From an uncultured Oscillospiraceae bacterium (GTDB lineage Bacteria > Bacillota > Clostridia > Oscillospirales > Oscillospiraceae): a stretch of 64,000 bases of DNA. Below are positions 9,601 to 21,534 of this stretch, piece after piece. The stretch covers positions 1,696 through 65,695 of the forward strand of contig CALXDL010000011.1 of assembly GCA_944387055.1 (NCBI GenBank), read 5' to 3'. The position numbers and the translations under genes are program-made. Position 1 is the first letter of the stretch, and each line of letters opens with the position of its first letter. Below the pieces are notes generated by a model, which worked only from the letters and a program-made list of their open reading frames with translations, was not told where the DNA came from and did no database searches.

Positions 9601-9663
9601 AAAATGGGCCTCTTGGTGAGGCCGCTCTTCTTGTCACGTCTATGTCATTAAGGCTTTTTTCCT

Positions 9664-9870
9664 TCACGATATAATATCTGCGATATATTTTGTGATCTGG
9701 GCGTTTGCTTCCTTTGTAACATGTAAGGATATGTCTCCGATGGCCGATATCTGATGGTGGCCCAGCTGCTTGCTCACAGCTGCACAGTTAGGATATCTGT
9801 TCCACTTGCGATCAAGAGCCTTGTTTGGGCATGGACAAGCGCACGAGGTCCGATATGTTGGAGCTGGCCT
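9664..9870 (-). pseudogene. Degenerate tyrosine integrase, C-terminal catalytic region
   Basis: HIGPRALVHAQTRLLIASGTDILTV / frameshift / SKQLGHHQISAIGDISLHVTKEANAQITKYIADII aligns with the HxxRH...LGH...Y box; catalytic H, R and Y are lost. Confidence 0.75.
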
Positions 9871-10166
9871 GTAATACCTTGCGATGCCGTAGAAGGGCCA
9901 CTGTCCCTGCTGAGATGTTGCCGGACTGTATGGCGTCTCTCTCGGCAGTGGCCTCATATCTGCCCTGCTCCATCGAATAATAGTATTATCATGGGTGGTC
10001 AGGGGATAGCGGAGGAGAGCGCCCCGATAGCCGATACTTTGGAGACAGGAAAGTGACGGCCGAGGGGATATGGGATGGATGGGACTTGTAAAAAAGCGGA
10101 CCCTGTGCTAAAATCATACATCATCGTTGGGATATCGTCGAAAGAGAGGAGGAAGCGACAGGCCTG

Positions 10167-10784
10167 ATGGAGACGAATGCATTCAAGAGCGTCACCTTTG
10201 GCGGTTTTGCCAAGCAGGACGTGATCGATTATATCGAGCAGGCGGCCCGGACAGCGGCAGCTGTCCAGGAAAAGCTTCAGCAGGAAAACGAGGGGCTACG
10301 GACCGAGGCTGCATCTCTTGCGAGCCAGCTGGAGGAACTGAAAGCCCAGAATGAGATGCTCCAGCGCGAGTATGACCGGATCCAAGCCGAGCTGGAGAGG
10401 GAGTCTGCCCAGCGCAGAGAACTGGAACCTCTTTGCCAGGAAGTGCAGCGTCTCACAGAGGAGACTGAGCGTCTGCGTCCGGATGCGGCGGCTTACGCGC
10501 AGTTCCGAGAGCGGATCGGAGCGATCGAGTGCGAGGCGCGCAAACGGGCAGCTGACCTGGAGGAGGCCACCATGGCCACACTGCGGCAGGTGGTGGACAG
10601 TTTCCGGATCCAATATCAGTCTTTGATGTCGACATTCGACTCCACAGCAGCTTATGTGACCGGAGAGCTGCGAAAGGTGGAGGTGGGGCTAGCCCAGCTC
10701 CCGCGCGCGATGGACCGTCCCGGTACGGACCTCAAAGAGCTGGAGGCTTCTTTGGCAAAGGCCAAAGAAAAGATCGATGCATGA
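10167..10784 (+). CDS. DivIVA-like N-terminal motif coiled-coil protein
   Basis: FKSVTFGGFAKQDVIDYIE resembles the DivIVA N-terminal motif, followed by a long coiled coil; RBS GAGGAGG. Confidence 0.7.
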   Translation: METNAFKSVTFGGFAKQDVIDYIEQAARTAAAVQEKLQQENEGLRTEAASLASQLEELKAQNEMLQREYDRIQAELERESAQRRELEPLCQEVQRLTEETERLRPDAAAYAQFRERIGAIECEARKRAADLEEATMATLRQVVDSFRIQYQSLMSTFDSTAAYVTGELRKVEVGLAQLPRAMDRPGTDLKELEASLAKAKEKIDA

Positions 10785-10789
10785 CTGAG

Positions 10790-10817
10790 AAAGAGCCGGG
10801 CGTAGCCCGGCTCTTTT
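10790..10817 (+). terminator. Intrinsic terminator
   Basis: AAAGAGCCGGGC-GTA-GCCCGGCTCTTTT. Confidence 0.85.
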
Positions 10818-11000
10818 GCCATTGGGAGGCGGAGAGACGCCTGTGCCCGTAAGCCGATATTCTGCCCAGCACACATAGGAGCGGCACTTTCGCAGAAGAA
10901 TAAGACGGGAGCGAGACGCGTCCAACGCCGCCGCTCCACAAAAATATCTGGATATCCTTGTATAAAAAGAAGAAAAGCCCCTTGGATGAGAAAGTCCCCC

Positions 11001-11029
11001 TTGCACCAACAGAAAGGGAGGCCTATACT
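11001..11029 (+). promoter_or_regulatory. sigmaA promoter of the V-ATPase operon
   Basis: TTGCAC -17- TATACT. Confidence 0.65.
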
Positions 11030-11176
11030 AGATCCTGTGAGTAAATTTCAATCCACGCGATATTTTGAGACGGCCCAAGATCGTGATGCTCGAGGGCGAC
11101 ACTAACTGTTTGGATGGCGCGAGGGCATCATGAGGGAGACGCTGGGAAGTACCAGCGGGAGAGAAGGTGAGAGACG

Positions 11177-11491
11177 ATGTCCCTGGAAGCGATCGAAAAG
11201 GTCACGGAAGTCGAACGAAAGGACCGGGAACGCAAGAGTGCTGCGGAGGCAGATGCGAAGCAGATCATCGCTGATGCGGAACGAGCGGGCCTTGCGCTCT
11301 TGGAGCAGGTGCGTGCCGATGCAGCACAGAACAACAAGGCATTGGTGCAGCAGGCGGAAGAGCGGGCGGCAGAGCGGTCTGCGCAGATCGGCCGTGCTGC
11401 TGAGGAAACGGCGGCGGCCCTGCGGGAAGAGGCGGCCAAACACTTGGAGGCGGCCGCTGAGTTTATTGTCGGAAGGGTCGTGAAAGACTGA
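11177..11491 (+). CDS. V/A-type ATPase peripheral stalk subunit G/H
   Basis: Ala/Glu-rich helical 104 aa, first gene of the operon, abuts subunit I. Confidence 0.85.
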   Translation: MSLEAIEKVTEVERKDRERKSAAEADAKQIIADAERAGLALLEQVRADAAQNNKALVQQAEERAAERSAQIGRAAEETAAALREEAAKHLEAAAEFIVGRVVKD

Positions 11492-11492
11492 T

Positions 11493-13920
<2,428 letters not shown>

Positions 13921-13944
13921 CCCAGTGGGGAAGAGGAGACCGGA

Positions 13945-14637
13945 ATGAACGGAATCGAAAAGATCACGGCCCGCATCGATGCAGATACCCAGGCGGAGAT
14001 CGACCGTGTCTTGGCGGATGCCAAGCTGCGGGCGGAGAAGATCGCCGCAGGATACCGCGCCCAAGCGGACGCCGAGGCCGCGGACCTGGCGGCGCGCGGC
14101 CAGAAGGCTGCCGCCGAGCGGGAGGAGCGGCTGGTCAGTGTGGCACAGATGGAGTCCCGAAAGGTGATCCTGGCGGCCAAGCAGGAGATGGTCGAGAAGG
14201 CCTATGACCGGGCACTGGAGCTCTTGTGCACCATGCCGGAAGAGCGGTGCATCGAGGTCCTGGCCCAGCTGTTGGTCCGTGCCGCTCCCGATGGCCAAGG
14301 CAGCGTCATCTTCTCGCCCGGCGACCGGGAGCGGATCGGAAAGGCCGCGGTGTCCAGAGCCAACGAACTGCTGGCGCAGGCGGCAGCACCTGATCTGCCG
14401 AAGGAACTGAACGAGTCCAAGGTAGGTGCATTGCTCAGCAAGGTGGCGGTAGGTGTCACGGCCATCGCCAAGGGCACTGCCATGCTGACGCTCTCAGAGG
14501 AGACACGGCCCATCCAGGGCGGGTTCATCCTCTCCAAGGGCAGCGTAGAGGTGAACTGCGCGTTCGACACGCTGGTGCGCCTGCAACGGGCAGAGACTAC
14601 GGGAGCGGTGGTGAAGCAGCTGTTCCCGGAGGCATGA
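13945..14637 (+). CDS. ntpE: V/A-type ATPase subunit E
   Basis: MNGIEKITARI...GGFIL...VNCAFDTL; operon position. Confidence 0.92.
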   Translation: MNGIEKITARIDADTQAEIDRVLADAKLRAEKIAAGYRAQADAEAADLAARGQKAAAEREERLVSVAQMESRKVILAAKQEMVEKAYDRALELLCTMPEERCIEVLAQLLVRAAPDGQGSVIFSPGDRERIGKAAVSRANELLAQAAAPDLPKELNESKVGALLSKVAVGVTAIAKGTAMLTLSEETRPIQGGFILSKGSVEVNCAFDTLVRLQRAETTGAVVKQLFPEA

Positions 14638-14652
14638 CGAGGAGGAAGCGTC

Positions 14653-15657
14653 TTGTCGAAACGAATCAAAGACACAGATCATCTGGTGATCTCTGCGCGC
14701 GTCAAGGCGATGGAGAACCAGCTGCTCACGCGGGAGCAGCTGGAACAGATATTGGAGGCCAAGAGCGACGAAGAGGCCGTGAAGCTCCTGGAGGAGCATG
14801 GTTATCCGCCTCTGTCCATCCGCGACCCGGAGGCACTGGACGAAGCCTTATCGGCCGTCCGCGAGGGCGTGCTGACCGACCTTGCCGACGGCGCGCCGGA
14901 TATCAGATATATCGATATCTTCAGATCGAAATATGATTATCACAACTTGAAGGCGGTCCTCAAAGCGGAAGCCATGGGAGCAGATCCGTCTGCGATGATG
15001 ATGGATATGGGGCGTGTGCCGGCCGAAGACGTGCGGGAGGCAGTCCGAACGGGCAATTATGATGCTCTGTCCCCTATCCTGGCTGCCGCTGCCGCGGAGG
15101 CGCGTGAAGTGCTGGATACGACTCGTGATCCCCAGCTTTCCGATATCGTCCTGGACCGCTGGTATTATAAAGACCTGTCGGCCCTGGCAGAAGACACGGG
15201 CAGTGCGTTCCTGCAGGGCTATGTGATGGCCCAGATCGACGCGGCAGATCTGCGGATCCTGGTCCGCACCCTGCGGATGGGCAAAGGCCCGGAATTCTTG
15301 CAGGGCGTCCTCTTTGAAGGGGGCAGCATAGCGCCGGAGTCTATCTTAGCCGTCAGTGCCGGCCGGGGCGCGGGGCTGATGGAGCTGTATGCTCCCACGC
15401 GTTTCGCCGCTGCGGCGGAAGCCGGTGCCGAAGCACTCAAGAGCGGTGCGCTCACCGCTTTCGAGAAGCTGTGCGACGATGCGGTGTCAGACTATTTGGC
15501 CGGAGCACAGTACGTGGCTTTCGGCGAAGCGCCGCTGGTGGCCTATCTGGCTGCGCGGGAGACGGAATATGTGGATCTGCGCATCCTGCTGATGGGGCGC
15601 GGGGCTGGACTTCCCGCGGACGTGATCCGTTCCCGTCTCCGGGCGAGTTATGTGTAA
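14653..15657 (+). CDS. ntpC: V/A-type ATPase subunit C
   Basis: SARVKAMENQLL, YDYHNLK, IRSRLRASYV; operon position. Confidence 0.92.
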   Translation: MSKRIKDTDHLVISARVKAMENQLLTREQLEQILEAKSDEEAVKLLEEHGYPPLSIRDPEALDEALSAVREGVLTDLADGAPDIRYIDIFRSKYDYHNLKAVLKAEAMGADPSAMMMDMGRVPAEDVREAVRTGNYDALSPILAAAAAEAREVLDTTRDPQLSDIVLDRWYYKDLSALAEDTGSAFLQGYVMAQIDAADLRILVRTLRMGKGPEFLQGVLFEGGSIAPESILAVSAGRGAGLMELYAPTRFAAAAEAGAEALKSGALTAFEKLCDDAVSDYLAGAQYVAFGEAPLVAYLAARETEYVDLRILLMGRGAGLPADVIRSRLRASYV

Positions 15658-15669
15658 GGCGGTGGATGT

Positions 15670-15987
15670 ATGGCGACGAGATATCGGATCGCGGTGGTGG
15701 GAGATTGGGATTCCGTCATGGGCTTCCGGGCCCTGGGACTGGATGCCTATCCTGTCACTGATGCGGAAGAGGCTAAAGAGAAAGTCCGGGAACTGGCTCG
15801 GACAGATTGCGCGGTGATCTATCTCACGGAGCAGCTGGCCAAAGATATGGATGATGTGATCGCCCGCTATAAGGATGAACTGCGGCCGGCCATCATCCTC
15901 ATCCCCGGCAGAGCGGGCTCCCTTGGGATCGGGAAGGCCAATATCCAGCGGGCGATCGAGCGGGCCGTCGGTGCGGACATCTTGTGA
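15670..15987 (+). CDS. V/A-type ATPase subunit F
   Basis: IAVVGDWDSVMGFRALG...ERAVGADIL. Confidence 0.93.
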   Translation: MATRYRIAVVGDWDSVMGFRALGLDAYPVTDAEEAKEKVRELARTDCAVIYLTEQLAKDMDDVIARYKDELRPAIILIPGRAGSLGIGKANIQRAIERAVGADIL

Positions 15988-16047
15988 GTCGTCCTATCGT
16001 ACGGCCATTCCCGGGCGAATCTATCCTGAAAGAAGGTCGTGTGAACT

Positions 16048-17823
16048 TTGAGCGGTAAAGTTGTGAAAGTATCCGGGCCGCTGGTGGTGGCCACGGGCCT
16101 CGCGGACGCCAACATGTCTGATGTGGTCCGCGTGGGACCTCAGCGTTTGATCGGTGAGATCTTGACCATGAAAGGGGATTCTGCGTCTATCCAGGTCTAT
16201 GAGGAGACCTCTGGCCTGGGCCCCGGCGCTGTAGTGGAGACCACTGGCGCGCCGATGAGCGTGGAACTGGGCCCTGGGATGATCGAGGGGATCTATGATG
16301 GCATCCAGCGTCCTCTGGAGAAGATCGTGGAGAAGGTGGGCCCCTGCATCACCCGCGGTGTGGAGGTCCCGGCCATCGACCATGAGAAAAAGTGGGATTT
16401 CACGCCAACGGTGGCTGTTGGTACGAAGGTCATCGGCGGCGATATCATCGGGACCGTTCCGGAGACGGAGGTAGTGCTCCATAAGATCATGGTGCCCCCT
16501 GCTCTCAGCGGGACCATCACCAAGATCGCGGCGGCAGGTGCCTATACGGTCTTGGATCCCATTGCGGTCTTGACCACAGATGCTGGCACGGAGATCCCCT
16601 TGACGATGGCACAAAAGTGGCCTGTGCGTGTGGGCCGTCCTTACCAGCATAAATATCCTCCCAAGCGGCCGCTGTGTTCCGGCCAGCGGATCATCGACAC
16701 GCTGTTCCCCATCGCCAAAGGCGGTACGGCGGCAGTCCCTGGCCCCTTTGGATCCGGCAAGACGGTGGTGCAGCATCAGCTGGCCAAGTGGTCCGATGTG
16801 GACATCGTGGTCTACATCGGCTGCGGCGAGCGCGGCAACGAGATGACCGACGTGCTGCGGGAATTCCCTGAGCTGAAGGATCCCCGTACCGGGGAGTCTC
16901 TGATGAAGCGGACCGTTCTGATCGCGAATACCTCCGATATGCCTGTGGCCGCCCGTGAGGCCAGCGTCTATACCGGTATCACCATCGCAGAATATTTCCG
17001 CGATATGGGCTATGACGTGGCTGTCATCGCGGACTCGACCTCGCGCTGGGCCGAGGCACTGCGCGAGATGTCCGGCCGTTTGGAGGAGATGCCCGGTGAG
17101 GAGGGATATCCCGCGTATCTAGCTTCCCGTTTGGCACAGTTCTACGAGCGGGCTGGCAGCGTGGAGTGCATCGGTTCTGACGAGCGGCGCGGCAGCCTGA
17201 CGGCCGTGGGCGCCGTGTCGCCGCCTGGCGGCGACCTCTCTGAGCCGGTGTCCCAGGCCACCATGCGCATCGTGAAAGTGTTCTGGGCATTGGATTCGTC
17301 TCTGGCTTATAAGCGGCATTTCCCAGCCATCAACTGGCTGAACTCCTATTCGCTGTATCTGGACTCTCTCAAGCCTTGGTTCGATGAGAACTTGGGTCCG
17401 GCTTTCATGGAAGATCGCGGCAAGGCCATGAGCATCCTGCAGAGCGAGTCCAGCCTGAACGAGATCGTCCAACTGGTGGGAAAAGATGCGCTCTCGCCTG
17501 GTGACCAGCTGACGCTGGAGGTGGCCCGGATGGTCCGGGAGGACTTCCTGCAGCAGAACGCGTTCACCGATGTGGATGGGTTCTCCAGCTATGACCGGCA
17601 GGAGAAGCTCTTGGCCATGATCTTGCACTACGAGGCGCTCTGCCGGGCCGCCATCGCCAAGGGCGCATCCGCCACGGCCCTCTTTGCCATCCCCGCGAGG
17701 GAGAAGATCGGCCGCGCCAAGAGCGTGCCCGCTGAGGAATATGTCCAGGTGTATCAGCAGATCGAGGCGGAGATGGAGAAGGAGATCGAAGAAGTGGCAG
17801 CTCAAGGAGGTGAGGACGCATGA
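16048..17823 (+). CDS. ntpA: V/A-type ATPase catalytic subunit A
   Basis: Walker [28 protein letters not shown]; no intein. Confidence 0.97.
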   Translation: MSGKVVKVSGPLVVATGLADANMSDVVRVGPQRLIGEILTMKGDSASIQVYEETSGLGPGAVVETTGAPMSVELGPGMIEGIYDGIQRPLEKIVEKVGPCITRGVEVPAIDHEKKWDFTPTVAVGTKVIGGDIIGTVPETEVVLHKIMVPPALSGTITKIAAAGAYTVLDPIAVLTTDAGTEIPLTMAQKWPVRVGRPYQHKYPPKRPLCSGQRIIDTLFPIAKGGTAAVPGPFGSGKTVVQHQLAKWSDVDIVVYIGCGERGNEMTDVLREFPELKDPRTGESLMKRTVLIANTSDMPVAAREASVYTGITIAEYFRDMGYDVAVIADSTSRWAEALREMSGRLEEMPGEEGYPAYLASRLAQFYERAGSVECIGSDERRGSLTAVGAVSPPGGDLSEPVSQATMRIVKVFWALDSSLAYKRHFPAINWLNSYSLYLDSLKPWFDENLGPAFMEDRGKAMSILQSESSLNEIVQLVGKDALSPGDQLTLEVARMVREDFLQQNAFTDVDGFSSYDRQEKLLAMILHYEALCRAAIAKGASATALFAIPAREKIGRAKSVPAEEYVQVYQQIEAEMEKEIEEVAAQGGEDA

Positions 17824-19208
17824 TCCGCGAATACAGGACGGTGGAGGAGATCGTCAGTCCGCTGATGATGGTCCGCATGGTAGAGGGCGTCACATATGAC
17901 GAGTTGGTGGAAGTGGAGCTGCGGGACGGCTCTGTGCGCCGCGGCAAGGTGCTGGAGGTCAATGGCGATACTGCCGTGGTCCAGCTGTTCGAGTCTGCTG
18001 CAGGCATCAACCTGGCGGACGCCAAAGTCCGCTTCTTGGGCCATCCGCTCCAACTGGGCGTCTCCGCAGATATGCTGGGCCGTGTCTTCAACGGTATGGG
18101 CGAACCGATCGACGGTGGTCCGGATATCTTGCCGGAGGAATACCGGGATATCAACGGCCTGCCGATGAACCCGGCGGCACGTGACTATCCCAACGAATTC
18201 ATCCAGACCGGGATATCCACGATCGACGGCTTGAACACCCTGGTCCGTGGCCAGAAGCTGCCCATCTTCTCTGGATCCGGTCTGCCACATGCCAATCTGG
18301 CGGCGCAGATCGCCCGCCAGGCCAAAGTATTGGGAGATGACGGATCGAACTTCGCCGTGGTGTTTGCCGCTATCGGCATCACGTTCGAAGAGTCTGAGTT
18401 CTTCGTCAGCGAATTCCGCCGCACAGGCGCCATCGACCGGACCGTGCTCTTCTCCAACTTGGCCAACGACCCGGCCGTCGAGCGCATCAGCACGCCTCGC
18501 ATGGCCCTGACCGCCGCAGAGTACTTGGCATTCGAGAAGGGGATGCATGTGTTGGTCATCATGACCGACATCACCAACTATGCTGAGGCGCTGCGTGAGG
18601 TCTCCGCCGCCAAGAAGGAGGTCCCCGGCCGCCGCGGCTTCCCGGGATACCTGTATACCGACTTGGCCCAGATGTACGAGCGGGCCGGGCGGCAGCTTGG
18701 GAAGCCCGGTTCCATCACGCTGATCCCCATCCTCACCATGCCGGAGGACGACAAGACCCACCCCATCCCGGATCTGACGGGATATATCACCGAGGGGCAG
18801 ATCATCCTCAGCCGGGCGCTGTATCGCCAAGGGATCCATCCTCCTGTGGATGTGCTGCCCAGCCTCTCTCGGTTGAAGGACAAGGGCATCGGCGAGGGAA
18901 AGACCCGGGAGGACCACGCAGGTACCATGAACCAGCTCTTCGCAGCCTATGCTACAGGCAAAGATAACAAAGAGCTCATGAGCATCTTGGGTGAAGCGGC
19001 CCTCACCCCAACGGACCTGCTGTATGCCAAATTCGCCGATGAATTCGAGAAGCGATACGTGAACCAGGGATATGACGAGAACCGCTCGATCGAAGAGACG
19101 CTGGATCTTGGGTGGGAGCTGCTCTCTATCCTGCCGAAGAGCGAATTGAAGCGGATCAAGCCGGAATATATCGAGAAGTATTGGCCCAAGAAGGATGACG
19201 AGGCGTGA
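17820..19208 (+). CDS. ntpB: V/A-type ATPase subunit B
   Basis: [31 protein letters not shown]. Confidence 0.97.
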   Translation: MIREYRTVEEIVSPLMMVRMVEGVTYDELVEVELRDGSVRRGKVLEVNGDTAVVQLFESAAGINLADAKVRFLGHPLQLGVSADMLGRVFNGMGEPIDGGPDILPEEYRDINGLPMNPAARDYPNEFIQTGISTIDGLNTLVRGQKLPIFSGSGLPHANLAAQIARQAKVLGDDGSNFAVVFAAIGITFEESEFFVSEFRRTGAIDRTVLFSNLANDPAVERISTPRMALTAAEYLAFEKGMHVLVIMTDITNYAEALREVSAAKKEVPGRRGFPGYLYTDLAQMYERAGRQLGKPGSITLIPILTMPEDDKTHPIPDLTGYITEGQIILSRALYRQGIHPPVDVLPSLSRLKDKGIGEGKTREDHAGTMNQLFAAYATGKDNKELMSILGEAALTPTDLLYAKFADEFEKRYVNQGYDENRSIEETLDLGWELLSILPKSELKRIKPEYIEKYWPKKDDEA

Positions 19209-19339
19209 GTCCGGGGAGGAGAGCCGTAGTCTCCACCGCCCGGCTTGCAGGGGAGAGGTATCCGACCGCAGCGGCGGTCATCATGAGGATGTCGCCCTTT
19301 TGCATACGGGATCTCTTTAGAAGAAGGAGGGGATAATCC

Positions 19340-20038
19340 ATGCCGAACATCACGGTCAACCCCACCCGGATGGAGCTGACACGTCTGAAGGGCAAGCTGC
19401 GCACTGCCCAGCGGGGCCACAAGCTGCTCAAGGACAAACGGGACGAGCTGATGAAGCAGTTCCTGGACACGGTACGGGAGGTCCGTGCGCTCCGTGCCGA
19501 AGTAGAAGAGGAGCTGATGACGGTCCACGGCTCGTTCACAGTGGCCGCTGCCATCATGGGTTCCCAGGCGATGGAGCAGGCGCTGCTCTATCCCAAGCAG
19601 AGCGTGGAGCTGACGATGACCAGCCAGAACATCATGTCTGTCAACGTCCCCGTCTATCACTTCCAGACCAAGACCCAGTCGGACGCAGATATCTATCCCT
19701 ATGGATTCGCGGCGACCTCCGGCGAGCTGGATACTGCCGTGGCGGCTTTGGGGAACGTGTTCCAGAAGATGCTCAAGCTGGCAGAGATCGAGAAGTCTGC
19801 CCAGCTCATGGCCGAGGAGATCGAGAAGACCCGCCGGCGGGTCAATGCCTTGGAGTACGTGGTCATCCCCAATACCCAGGAATCCATCCGGTATATCACG
19901 ATGAAGCTGGATGAGAACGACCGGGCTACCACGACCCGCTTGATGAAAGTCAAGGATATGCTGCTCCAGGAGGCCCTGGAGGAGCAGCGTGCCCAAGATG
20001 AGCAGATATTGACGAGATATAAAGGCAAGGAGACTTGA
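19340..20038 (+). CDS. ntpD: V/A-type ATPase subunit D
   Basis: NPTRMEL...GHKLLKDKRDEL, KTRRRVNALE. Confidence 0.96.
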   Translation: MPNITVNPTRMELTRLKGKLRTAQRGHKLLKDKRDELMKQFLDTVREVRALRAEVEEELMTVHGSFTVAAAIMGSQAMEQALLYPKQSVELTMTSQNIMSVNVPVYHFQTKTQSDADIYPYGFAATSGELDTAVAALGNVFQKMLKLAEIEKSAQLMAEEIEKTRRRVNALEYVVIPNTQESIRYITMKLDENDRATTTRLMKVKDMLLQEALEEQRAQDEQILTRYKGKET

Positions 20039-20063
20039 CGAGATATGCAAAGCGGTGTAGTAT
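20035..20063 (+). promoter_or_regulatory. sigmaA promoter of the second flavodiiron gene
   Basis: TTGACG (overlapping the ntpD stop) -17- TAGTAT. Confidence 0.6.
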
Positions 20064-20116
20064 TGGGCTGCACCGCTTTGTCATAAAAAGCGACGTCTTA
20101 AGAAAAGGAGTAACAT

Positions 20117-21322
20117 ATGCACTGTGTCTACAACATCCACGACGACCTGTATTGGCTGGGGGCATCTGACCGCCGGCTGGCGCGTTTCGAGAACGTGTAT
20201 CCTGTCCCGAACGGCGTCTCTTACAATTCGTATCTGGTCTTGGATGAAAAGACCGTCCTGCTGGATACGGTGGATCAGGCTGTGGGCGAGCGCTTCTTCG
20301 AGAACCTGATCTTCGCCTTGGCGGGGAGGGAACTGGACTATGTGGTGGTGGACCATATGGAGCCTGACCACTGTGCGACTTTGGGCGAGCTGCTGCGCCG
20401 CTGGCCCAGGGTGCAGGTGGTGGGGAACGTCAAGACCATCGCGATGATCGGCCAGTTCTTCGACTGCGACTTGGAGGGGCGCACCGTGGTGGTCAAGGAG
20501 GGCGATACGCTGACCACCGGGCGCCATACGTTCACGTTCCTCATGGCTCCGATGGTCCATTGGCCGGAAGCTATGGTGACGTATGACGTCACCGATAAGG
20601 TCCTCTTCTCGGCTGATGCGTTCGGGACCTTCGGCGCGATCAACGGGAACCTTTTCGCCGATGAGATCGATTTCGAACACCAGTTGCTTGGAGAAGCCCG
20701 CCGGTATTATACAAACATCGTCGGGAAATACGGCGCGCAGGTCCAATCCCTGCTCAAGCGCGCGGCTGGGCTGGATATCCAGTGTCTCTGCCCGCTCCAC
20801 GGTCCTGTCTGGCGGCAGGACATCGGTTGGTTCCTGGAGAAATACCAGCGCTGGAGTACCTATACGCCGGAAGATCGGGCGGTGGCGATCTTCTGCGGCT
20901 CTATCTATGGACATACGGAGAATGCCGCTGACCTCCTTGCGGCCCGGCTGGCGGAACGCGGCGTGAAGGGCATCGCGATGTACGATGTCTCTGGGACGGA
21001 TGTCTCTTATCTGGTGAGCGAAGCCTTCCGGTGCAGCCATCTGGTCCTGGCTTCTGCCACATATAACGGTGAGATCTATACCCCCATGGAGAACTTTTTG
21101 CGAGACCTGGCGAACCATGGCCTGCGGGGACGCACAGTGGCGCTCATCGAGAACGGCACCTGGGCCGCCCGGTCTGGGATGCTCATGAGCAAGACATTGG
21201 ATGAGATGAAGGAGATGCGGGTGCTGGAGGGGACGGTGAGCCTGAAGTCCTCTGTCAAAGAGGCGCAGCGCCGCAGCCTGGAATCTCTTGCGGACGCGTT
21301 GGCAGACGAACTGCTGCACTGA
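20117..21322 (+). CDS. fprA: Flavodiiron protein (second FprA paralog)
   Basis: HMEPDH, HWPE, SADAFG, CPLHG; flavodoxin domain SIYGHT. Confidence 0.95.
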   Translation: MHCVYNIHDDLYWLGASDRRLARFENVYPVPNGVSYNSYLVLDEKTVLLDTVDQAVGERFFENLIFALAGRELDYVVVDHMEPDHCATLGELLRRWPRVQVVGNVKTIAMIGQFFDCDLEGRTVVVKEGDTLTTGRHTFTFLMAPMVHWPEAMVTYDVTDKVLFSADAFGTFGAINGNLFADEIDFEHQLLGEARRYYTNIVGKYGAQVQSLLKRAAGLDIQCLCPLHGPVWRQDIGWFLEKYQRWSTYTPEDRAVAIFCGSIYGHTENAADLLAARLAERGVKGIAMYDVSGTDVSYLVSEAFRCSHLVLASATYNGEIYTPMENFLRDLANHGLRGRTVALIENGTWAARSGMLMSKTLDEMKEMRVLEGTVSLKSSVKEAQRRSLESLADALADELLH

Positions 21323-21534
21323 AGGCGTCCCCTTCTCTGACTGATGCAGTGCCCGTCGGAGCCGCCCTTTTGGAAGCGGATCCGGCGGGCACCGTATCGG
21401 TCTGCGACTGAGCGGCGGGTATGGATGGGGCAAGATCCTTGATGACGCAGCGCTGTTTCTTTATGGAGCCTTGACTCCACAACGGCTGGATACATGGTAG
21501 GATAGGACCATCAAAGAAGAGGAGATGGAGCGAT

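Noticed and set aside
21323-21534. c-di-AMP (ydaO) riboswitch upstream of ktrBA
   Set aside because: GC-rich stems are present but I could not find the conserved ydaO sequence blocks
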